Virus record (IMG/VR): IMGVR_UViG_3300014775_002125
Coordinates: 32,001 to 96,000 of that record
DNA from: a virus
DNA: 64,000 bases
Direction: 5' to 3' (one strand)
The notes under the pieces are model-generated. The model was not told the DNA's origin, did no database searches, and was given only the letters and a program-made list of their open reading frames with translations. The position numbers and the translations under genes are program-made. Numbering within the stretch: position 1 is the first letter of the stretch; each line of letters begins with the position of its first letter. Shown piece by piece: positions 57,034 through 64,000 of the stretch.

Positions 57034-59487
57034 ATGGTTCAAAAAAAAGGTTTTTTCCAGAAGATAAAGGAAGGTATTTTTGGACTTTGGACAAGTAATA
57101 CTGTCCAAGCTAAACCAACAACAAAAGACGCAGAACGTTGGAAGGCTCAGAGTTGGCTATTGGATAACATACCCACGCAAGAGAACATAGCCTTCGATGG
57201 TATCTTAAACGTTGCTGCTGACCCTCACTTAGTCCTATCTACCCTGCACAACTCTAGGGGGTTGTCAAGTTTTGTAGAGGATATTTCTAATAGTGAATTG
57301 TCCTCTCTTGTTCCTTATATTAAACTATTCAGAGTCATTAGGGATAAAAAAAAGGTTATCGAACAAGAGCTTTACTTCGATACCCACCTGAATAATGAGC
57401 AGATCGACGCCATCTTCAAAAAAAGAACAGGTAGAGGTGGTGGTGTAGGGATTAAGAAGTTTGACTTGAAGTATACTGGTGTAGACCCTGCTGCGGCCAG
57501 AACAGTCATCGAATGTGACCTAGAGATTTACTTTAGTTCTCTACAAGAACTCGCTCGTAAGCAGTCCAATAACGTAGCTTTTATTGACCTAATCTTACCC
57601 AACATAGCGAACGCAGGGCCAGCTTCTCAGATTGAACCACAAGACTACCAGTTAAAAGCTGAGTTTGGATGGAGTGTTCCTAATGCCAACAACCCAGCAT
57701 TCAGAAACAACAAAGATCTATTAAACGCCATTGAAAACAACAAGTTAACTATTTACCTGTCAATGAAAAGGCATACTATTAGCTTTGATAACTTGGGTGG
57801 TGCGACTCTACAAGCATCTTATCAAGGCTCTATGGAATCTATCTTCTCTCAGGAAGCTACAGACATTCTTAAGAGTACTGATAATTTTAAAGTTAAAGAC
57901 GGGAATGAAAAACTGCCCGCAAAAATAGCTAAAAACAAGATTAAGAAACTTAAGGCAGATCGCAAAAAGCAAAAAACAAGGAGAGATCGCAAAGATCTAA
58001 CAGATCAAATAAGAAAACTTGAAGGAGCATACCAACAAGCTCTCTCAGCTAAAAAATCTGAGTTGTATCAATCAATCCTAAATGAAATAATGAGTGATGG
58101 TGGATTGTATGCTGTGAAAGTAGAGGAGTCAGACTTTCAACTTTCCACACTACCACCGGGAATTAAAAATAAACTTGGTGGCGCTGGAGGATTGGGAAGT
58201 CTTCTTGGAAAGAGTTCAAAGAAGAAGCGGAAAAATAAACGTACATTTCTAAAAAAACTTAAAAACAGAAAAAAGCCGAGATATTTCAAAGGTAAGGGAA
58301 AAAAAGTCAAAAAACTAAGCCTTAGCGGAAGTAAAGAGGAAAGGCTCAGAAAGATATCACTAAATTTCGTTTTACCGAAACCGGAAAAGGGAAAAAGAAC
58401 AATTTATTTTATGTATCTTGGTGACATATTGAGGGTTGTTAGGAAGAGGATAGGACCCAGCGTTGATGCTGAGTTTAATTTTAGATTGATAACTGGAGAT
58501 TTGGAATTAAGTGGATATGAAGTAAACATAAGCAATATACCGATTTCAGTTGAATTATTTCAAGCCTTCACACTAAAATATCTCGTTAGAACCTCTAAAA
58601 CTAAGTGGTTTTTTGGGGATTTTATCAATCAAATACTAACAGGGCTTGTAGCACCTGTTTTAAATAACATCGCGGCTACAGAGCATGGGAACAGTGATAA
58701 GAAAAACCCTGTCACCAGTAACCCTAAGAGATATAAGATGGGTGTCAGCTTCATCAATGTTGGTACAGATGGAAAAAACAAGTGCGTATTTACTAATAGT
58801 AAGAATCCGTACAAAAAGAATGAAAATAGAAAGTTTGATAATGGTCAAGTCAGGAAAATAAAACCAGCCTCAAATAGAACAGAAATGATAACCTATCTTT
58901 ACGTACACTGCATGGATCACACGAGAGCCTTAAGAGAAAGGAACTACCAGAAAGACCGTGAGGAAGGAATCTATCATTTTTATCTGGGGAGTAATCGAGG
59001 AATTCTAAAGTCCATGAAGTTCGAACAGCAGAACCTAAAGTACTATGAAGTTGCTCAGGCTCAAGGAAAGGATCTAACAAAATACAAAAGAATCTACAAC
59101 GCAACAATAGAGACATTCTACTGTAATGGATTCTTTCCCGGAAACTTCTTATATCTTGATAGTAGATCTTTAGGTTTTTCTGAAGATTCTAATGTTGATC
59201 AGGCAGCAATGATGGGTATTGGTGGTTATTTTAGGATTAAAGGCCAGTCTATTTCATTTGCTTCTGGTAAACTCGACATGACCATGAACTGCACATGGGA
59301 ATCTTCTGGGTTGCCGTCACCTAAAGGTAGGAAAGCTGCTGCCAATAATCCCAAATCTTCTGGATTGCCGTCACCTAAAGGTAGGAAAGCTGCTGCCAAT
59401 AAGCCCGAATCTACAACAAACTATCCCTATTACTGGAAGGTAACAAAAGGAGGACATATAAAAAAGGTAATTGACTTGACAAAATAG
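57034..59487 (+). CDS. Probable baseplate hub protein (gp27/late-control D-like) with Lys-rich insertions
   Basis: Follows the gp53-like gene; C-terminal Y.A.IE.....F.PG...Y...GIGGYFRI hub-like pattern. Confidence 0.55.
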   Translation: MVQKKGFFQKIKEGIFGLWTSNTVQAKPTTKDAERWKAQSWLLDNIPTQENIAFDGILNVAADPHLVLSTLHNSRGLSSFVEDISNSELSSLVPYIKLFRVIRDKKKVIEQELYFDTHLNNEQIDAIFKKRTGRGGGVGIKKFDLKYTGVDPAAARTVIECDLEIYFSSLQELARKQSNNVAFIDLILPNIANAGPASQIEPQDYQLKAEFGWSVPNANNPAFRNNKDLLNAIENNKLTIYLSMKRHTISFDNLGGATLQASYQGSMESIFSQEATDILKSTDNFKVKDGNEKLPAKIAKNKIKKLKADRKKQKTRRDRKDLTDQIRKLEGAYQQALSAKKSELYQSILNEIMSDGGLYAVKVEESDFQLSTLPPGIKNKLGGAGGLGSLLGKSSKKKRKNKRTFLKKLKNRKKPRYFKGKGKKVKKLSLSGSKEERLRKISLNFVLPKPEKGKRTIYFMYLGDILRVVRKRIGPSVDAEFNFRLITGDLELSGYEVNISNIPISVELFQAFTLKYLVRTSKTKWFFGDFINQILTGLVAPVLNNIAATEHGNSDKKNPVTSNPKRYKMGVSFINVGTDGKNKCVFTNSKNPYKKNENRKFDNGQVRKIKPASNRTEMITYLYVHCMDHTRALRERNYQKDREEGIYHFYLGSNRGILKSMKFEQQNLKYYEVAQAQGKDLTKYKRIYNATIETFYCNGFFPGNFLYLDSRSLGFSEDSNVDQAAMMGIGGYFRIKGQSISFASGKLDMTMNCTWESSGLPSPKGRKAAANNPKSSGLPSPKGRKAAANKPESTTNYPYYWKVTKGGHIKKVIDLTK
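59300..59412 (+). repeat. 54-bp in-frame tandem duplication (SSGLPSPKGRKAAAN.P.)
   Basis: Two near-identical copies starting at 59301 and 59355. Confidence 0.95.
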
Positions 59488-59951
59488 CCTACTAATAGAA
59501 ACTAAAAACACATACTAACTGTAGAACCATTTAGCAACTATTAGTTAAGCCGTAACCCTAAGTGGAGGCTTCTTAATAGCTTCTAATTAGTACCTTAAAG
59601 TTTCTAGTAGTTCCTTTAAGTCGATTATACTGAGACTTTAGCACAAAAACTCTGATAATTTCCAAGTAGATTCAAACTATTTTATAACTCATTGATTCCT
59701 CTAGGGAACTTTTTTCCAAAAAAACATCTCAGATTTATCTGAATAGACCTCTCCTTAAAAACAAACACAAGCAAACTCAGTTTAAAGAACTACCTAATGT
59801 TCATTCCGTAGGCTTAATCACTTCCATCTTAGGGATTCCAGTGATTGGGAAAACAATGTAGTAGTTCGAATACGATATCAGGAATAGTTATCTTAGTTAA
59901 GAAGATTATACAAAGAAGTAAAATCTGTGTCAAGAACTATTTTATAACTAC
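59488..59951. other. Largest non-coding interval in the window; structured; candidate ncRNA or replication origin
   Basis: No ORF >=60 aa. It contains two nested hairpins, a palindrome, a 15-bp direct repeat and a leftward consensus promoter. Confidence 0.5.
59905..59933 (-). promoter_or_regulatory. Perfect-consensus sigma70 promoter pointing leftward into the non-coding region
   Basis: Reverse strand reads TTGACA-cagattttacttctttg(17 nt)-TATAAT. Confidence 0.85.
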
Positions 59952-59975
59952 TTGGTATACATAGGAAAAACAACA

Positions 59976-60989
59976 ATGAAGACAAAGACACCCCCAGTAA
60001 ACGACAGAGATATATTTCAGGAAGTGGAAGCTGACTATGGTTACATCTACGGTGAAGCTGAGAATTCCTATGTAGATTTCAATCAGGTAGCAGCGGTAGA
60101 CCTCCAGAAAACTCAAGAGGTGAACGATAGGTTTCTCAGCGACACTTATAGTTGGCTTCCAGTAAAGGACGGTAAATTATACGGAAAAATACTACAGGAC
60201 TACTCAATTCGCTCTTATAATAGTGGTCTAGGAGTTTTATTTAGAGTTGAGATGGCGAATAAACTTGAAGAAACTTTAGAAATCTTTAAAGTTCGCTCTG
60301 GTGGTTTCACTGTCCCCAAGGAAATCAACATCAACATCTCAGACGAATCTACCATTTACTCAGAATTCTACGATAAAACTTTAGAAATCTTTAAAGAACG
60401 CCTTGACAATAAAAAATGTTCTGGTATAAGAGAGTTCAGCAGGATACTTTTAGAGGACAAGAGGATTCCAGATTCTATTTGTTTCCCCTTGTACTACCTT
60501 TTTAAAACAGATGACCAGCTAAATCCTCTCAGTTTGACTTGGACAGACACTAGTGCTTCTGTTTACGGCCCAGAGTTTTACGATGACTTAAACTTTAGGT
60601 ATTTCTTAAAATTCATGTACACTCGTGGTTTTCTAGTAGACCTACACAACCCTACTATGATACACTACAAGGCAACTCAGAAGGAAATCTTAGAGAACTC
60701 AGTGCCTATGAACGCTGAAGAGTCGCTAAAAGAAACGCTAGAGAACCTTTGGAGTGGTCTAGGCAACATCAATGAGATTCCTAAAACCTATTATAAATCA
60801 AGGGACTACAAGAAACTCCTAAAAAACATCTTGACAAAATACAATGTAGCGAGTAATGTTCCTAGTAATCTTTTAGGAAACAACAGCAGGTTCAACAAAT
60901 ACATCAGAGAGGCTACTAAGAGGATAATCAATGAGAGAAGTAACTCAGAAAATCGCACAATCAGCAAAGGAGACTCTCTGGTTTACTAA
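59976..60989 (+). CDS. Hypothetical protein
   Basis: ORF with AGGA upstream of the ATG at 59976; no recognisable catalytic motif. Confidence 0.65.
   Translation: MKTKTPPVNDRDIFQEVEADYGYIYGEAENSYVDFNQVAAVDLQKTQEVNDRFLSDTYSWLPVKDGKLYGKILQDYSIRSYNSGLGVLFRVEMANKLEETLEIFKVRSGGFTVPKEININISDESTIYSEFYDKTLEIFKERLDNKKCSGIREFSRILLEDKRIPDSICFPLYYLFKTDDQLNPLSLTWTDTSASVYGPEFYDDLNFRYFLKFMYTRGFLVDLHNPTMIHYKATQKEILENSVPMNAEESLKETLENLWSGLGNINEIPKTYYKSRDYKKLLKNILTKYNVASNVPSNLLGNNSRFNKYIREATKRIINERSNSENRTISKGDSLVY
60831..60859 (+). promoter_or_regulatory. Possible internal sigma70 promoter for the PolA-like gene
   Basis: TTGACA-N17-TAATGT about 70 nt upstream of the ATG at 60931. Confidence 0.35.
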
Positions 60990-62061
60990 CGGGGAGCTTA
61001 CCACAGAGCTTCCAAGTAAAGGCTCATGGATCTACGAGCACCCTGAAAACATCAATCTATACAACCACTTCAATTACATCTTCAGCCTGACTCACAACTC
61101 TTTTGGGTCTGTTGTCAAGAACTGTGAGAGCTACAAGACCTATCTTAAGGCTCTTCATGGTATCGATAAGTATTTTAAGATCGTACAGCAAACAAAAATC
61201 AAACTAACACCTGACAACATCTCCAAAGTAATTCCTGTGAGTCCCTTGAAAGAGTACCTGAAGGCCAAAGAAGACTGCCTCAGAGAAATCATAGGACAAC
61301 AAGAAGAACTACCAGAAAACTACGAATGGTTCAAAAGACTGTACGTTCTCTCTAAGGTCATGAACAACTCTTTGAAACTAGTAGAGGGCGACAAATATTC
61401 AGAGTACAGTTTTAAGTATGACATTCATGGCACACTTACAGGACGTTGGATTGCTCGTAGTTCTAATGGTAGCTTTTTCCAGTGGCCCAAAGAGCGAAGA
61501 GCCATCATTAAGCCTTGGAATGATTACTTTGTGGAACTAGACTTTAACGGAGCAGATCTCAGAACACTACTAGGTCTCCAGAACGCCTCTCAGCCCTCTC
61601 AGGATGTCCATAAGTACAATATGAGTATCTTGGGGTGGGATGACAGAGAGAAGGCCAAGAAAGGGGCTTTTAGACTGCTTTATGGACGTTCTGGGGAGGA
61701 CAATGAGCTAACTGAAATCTATGATAGGAACGTCTGGAGAAGCTATGTGAATTCTAAAGGTTTGATTGAGAATCCTTATGGTAGGCAGTTGGATATTATT
61801 GAGGGCAAGGAGCTACCACACTTAGTACAAGCAACCTCTCATGACATTCTATTGGAACAGACTATGAGGGTTTACAAGAAACTTATGGGGTCTAAGAGTT
61901 TTGTTGGGTTTATTTTTTACGACGCCTTGATTTTGGATATGAAACGAGAAGATTTAGGAATTCTTAAAGATCTTGAAGAGACTTTCGCTGACACACGATT
62001 TGGTACAATGAAAGTCAACATTAAAAAGGGAACTGATTATTACAACATGGAGGAAATCTGA
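60931..62061 (+). CDS. Minimal family-A DNA polymerase-like protein (376 aa, no exonuclease domains)
   Basis: TLTGR; motif A ELDFNGADLR; DVH; motif B REKAKKGAFRLLYG; NPYGR; VQATSHD; motif C FYDALILD. Confidence 0.8.
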   Translation: MREVTQKIAQSAKETLWFTNGELTTELPSKGSWIYEHPENINLYNHFNYIFSLTHNSFGSVVKNCESYKTYLKALHGIDKYFKIVQQTKIKLTPDNISKVIPVSPLKEYLKAKEDCLREIIGQQEELPENYEWFKRLYVLSKVMNNSLKLVEGDKYSEYSFKYDIHGTLTGRWIARSSNGSFFQWPKERRAIIKPWNDYFVELDFNGADLRTLLGLQNASQPSQDVHKYNMSILGWDDREKAKKGAFRLLYGRSGEDNELTEIYDRNVWRSYVNSKGLIENPYGRQLDIIEGKELPHLVQATSHDILLEQTMRVYKKLMGSKSFVGFIFYDALILDMKREDLGILKDLEETFADTRFGTMKVNIKKGTDYYNMEEI

Positions 62062-62873
62062 TGAATCTATTAGTATCTATTGGAAATGTGAAGAATGTGT
62101 CTAGTAAAATTGCTGAGTTCTTTGATGGTGAACTTAAGGTTATTTCTACGAGCGAACTTGGAATTACTGGGGACATACCTAAAGAGATTGAAGAGTCCAC
62201 TGTAAGATTGATTCAAGACAAGCTCACAGAAGACTCGGAATCCTACAAGAAAGTTTATTTTGTGGTTGATTTAGAGGACCTTCAGGCGTTCTCTTTGGCT
62301 TCTCTATTAGGTTTTTATAAAGATTCTGAGAGTTATGTTATTGGTATTGTGAAATCTACTAGTGGCTTGCAATTCTCCGAGGGCTGTGCGTTTATTTTGA
62401 ATGTCTTACAGGAAATGCGTAGAAGTAAACTCATTGATTTTCTCACAGTGTTCTCAGAGCAAATTATTCAGAAGTACGACGGAGAGATTAACCTACTGAA
62501 TAGAGACGATAGGGTTGCTGATAAGATTACTCGTAGCCTTGTGGAGATGCTTTATTGGGACGGTCAGATTGCTATCAAATCTCTTACACCTAACAGTAGA
62601 CCGTGGGATGCTTTGAGGGTTTATGAGGACTATGACGTACAATCAGAGCTTTCGACGCCTACATTTCAACTCGAAGACATGGATTACTACTCATACCACT
62701 TCATCATCTCTCAAAAGGACGCACAGGATTCAGAGTTTTTTAAAGAACTGGAAAAAACTCTTGACAAAATCACTGAACAAGACTACAAACTATTTATCGA
62801 AGAAACAGCCAGCACTTATTGTTTCCGTGTAGGTTACTTGAAGAATCCTGTAGTGTTTAAAAGTAAAGAATAA
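62061..62873 (+). CDS. Hypothetical protein, possibly a degenerate tubulin/FtsZ-like fold
   Basis: N-terminal hydrophobic strand plus IG, and a beta-alpha alternation like the FtsZ GTPase domain; the GGGTG signature is absent. Confidence 0.35.
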   Translation: MNLLVSIGNVKNVSSKIAEFFDGELKVISTSELGITGDIPKEIEESTVRLIQDKLTEDSESYKKVYFVVDLEDLQAFSLASLLGFYKDSESYVIGIVKSTSGLQFSEGCAFILNVLQEMRRSKLIDFLTVFSEQIIQKYDGEINLLNRDDRVADKITRSLVEMLYWDGQIAIKSLTPNSRPWDALRVYEDYDVQSELSTPTFQLEDMDYYSYHFIISQKDAQDSEFFKELEKTLDKITEQDYKLFIEETASTYCFRVGYLKNPVVFKSKE

Positions 62874-62895
62874 AGAATAAAGAATAGGGGGACCC

Positions 62896-63312
62896 ATGAG
62901 AAAACAAGAGCTTGACAACTGGGTTGAGAATGGCGGCGATCTTCCTGATGAACTCACGGAAGACGAGAAGAGTTATCTAGAAGGCTTAGGGTGGAGTATT
63001 GAAGAACGGTGGCGTGAAAACGGAAAGAAGTGGTATGAAATTAGCTACCACCACGGAAAGAAACATGGAAAGGTTAAATGGTGGTGGGACGATGGATCGA
63101 AATACATCGAAGAATACTACCATCACGGAAAGAGACATGGGGATTTTGTGAGGTGGAATAGAAACGGACAGAAATGGGAAGAAGAGTGCCACCACCACGG
63201 AAAGAAACATGGGGTCTTTAAAGAATGGAAAGACGATGGAACATTAGAAGAACACAAAGAGTACGCTTATGGGATTCTCTTGAAGGATTATTTGAAGGAG
63301 GAGACAAAATGA
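62896..63312 (+). CDS. MORN-variant repeat protein (YwqK antitoxin-like)
   Basis: Three ~24-aa repeats of E..(Y/H)HHGK(K/R)HG....W...G. Confidence 0.8.
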   Translation: MRKQELDNWVENGGDLPDELTEDEKSYLEGLGWSIEERWRENGKKWYEISYHHGKKHGKVKWWWDDGSKYIEEYYHHGKRHGDFVRWNRNGQKWEEECHHHGKKHGVFKEWKDDGTLEEHKEYAYGILLKDYLKEETK

Positions 63313-63596
63313 AGAATGGTGATTTAGTTTACAGTATTATTTTTGACAGGATTCTAAGATTTGGTAGGGTTCGAGAGGTTCAATTGAATGAGTCAGGAGA
63401 ACCCGTTAGATACAAAGTGGACTGGTGGCGTTCTGCTAAGATTGATGAGTTTTTCAAGGAAGCCAAACCCGGATTTATTGACAGCTACCTTGAGAAGCCC
63501 ATAAACGCCAGCAACATCTACCCAGTTGACTCTGAAATGCTTAGACAATTCACAGAGTTACTAGAAGAAGTGAAAAAAGATGAAATAAATTCTTGA
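63309..63596 (+). CDS. Small hypothetical protein
   Basis: ATG at 63309 follows GGAGG with an ATGA overlap; begins MKNGDLVY (SH3/KOW-like start). Confidence 0.6.
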   Translation: MKNGDLVYSIIFDRILRFGRVREVQLNESGEPVRYKVDWWRSAKIDEFFKEAKPGFIDSYLEKPINASNIYPVDSEMLRQFTELLEEVKKDEINS

Positions 63597-63620
63597 CAAT
63601 ATCTTAGAATGTGTTAGATT
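63593..63620 (+). promoter_or_regulatory. Sigma70-type promoter upstream of hsp20
   Basis: TTGACA-N16-TAGATT with an extended -10 TG. Confidence 0.6.
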
Positions 63621-63693
63621 GTTTTCAAGAGGGAATGAGAACCCCTTAGTTGTTTTAAAGTTTTTTTGATTTTACTTATAGGAGATTGAAAGT

Positions 63694-64000
63694 ATGTATG
63701 GATTTTTTGGAGAACACGGAAGCTATTTTAACAATGACGTTGAGGCATCTGTCTTGAAGGCTGATAACGGTTATGAGGTTGTTGTTGCGGCTGCTGGTAT
63801 GGTCAAAGAAGGCCTCGAAGTAACTGTAGACAATAGCCAACTCAAGGTCAACTATCAAAGACCTGACAATCAACACAAAGTCGCTGTTGGTAGTTTCTAT
63901 AAGAGCTGGATTGTTGGTGATAAGGTAGACACTGAAGGTATTGTTAGTGAACTTAAAAATGGACTGCTAACCATCAAAGTGCCACTAAAACCTGAAGCTG
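63694..64000 (+). CDS. hsp20: Small heat-shock protein Hsp20 (3' truncated; absent from the ORF track)
   Basis: Manual translation gives MYGFFGEH...YEVVVAAAGMVKEGLEVTVDNSQLKV...SFYKSWIVGDKVDTEGIVSELKNGLLTIKVP, an alpha-crystallin pattern; AGGAG Shine-Dalgarno site at 63680. Confidence 0.9.
   Translation, partial: MYGFFGEHGSYFNNDVEASVLKADNGYEVVVAAAGMVKEGLEVTVDNSQLKVNYQRPDNQHKVAVGSFYKSWIVGDKVDTEGIVSELKNGLLTIKVPLKPEA

Noticed and set aside
59471-59500. Rightward promoter (TTGACTTGACA) converging on the antisense promoter
   Set aside because: The -35 is good but there is no acceptable -10 hexamer at 16-18 nt spacing.
59488-59951. Group I intron, tRNA or tmRNA in the non-coding interval
   Set aside because: No convincing P7 R/S elements, cloverleaf or T-loop found by eye, and the flanking genes have their own stop and start. 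An Infernal search is still advisable.
62864-62886. TAAAGAA x3 microrepeat at a gene end
   Set aside because: Short slippage duplication around a stop codon with no evidence of function.
62896-63312. Diversity-generating retroelement target
   Set aside because: No reverse transcriptase and no TR/VR pair with adenine-specific differences in the window.
253-63876. Numerous 60-150 aa minus-strand and alternate-frame ORFs in the track
   Set aside because: They lie within long + strand genes, lack motifs, and are often low-complexity mirrors of Lys/Glu-rich coding sequence (shadow ORFs).
1-64000. Stop-codon reassignment as seen in some large phages
   Set aside because: Coding density is very high in the standard code, and TAA, TAG and TGA all terminate conserved genes at expected positions.

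Overview
A 64-kb segment of a large, divergent T4-like (contractile-tail) bacteriophage genome in standard genetic code, with essentially all genes on the + strand and many overlapping start/stop codons. In order, it holds: the end of a probable spike gene; baseplate wedge genes (gp25-like, gp6-like); a cluster of very large Ser/Gly/Thr-rich virion proteins; a RuvC / primase / fused SbcD-SbcC island; a membrane-protein pair; a 1518-aa repeat-rich putative head protein; the head module (TerL, portal, prohead protease, scaffold, major capsid); neck, sheath, tube, chaperone, tape measure and hub genes; a ~460-bp structured non-coding region with a perfect leftward sigma70 promoter; a minimal family-A polymerase; a possible degenerate tubulin-fold protein; a MORN-repeat protein; and a truncated Hsp20. 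No tRNA, rRNA, CRISPR array or mobile element was recognised. All assignments come from motif recognition and gene order by eye, and no searches were run. The best leads are the non-coding locus next to the mini-PolA, a pentapeptide-repeat cargo apparently tagged for capsid packaging, a pervasive [ST]-[GAS]-S motif in virion proteins, and a probable programmed frameshift in the tail chaperone.
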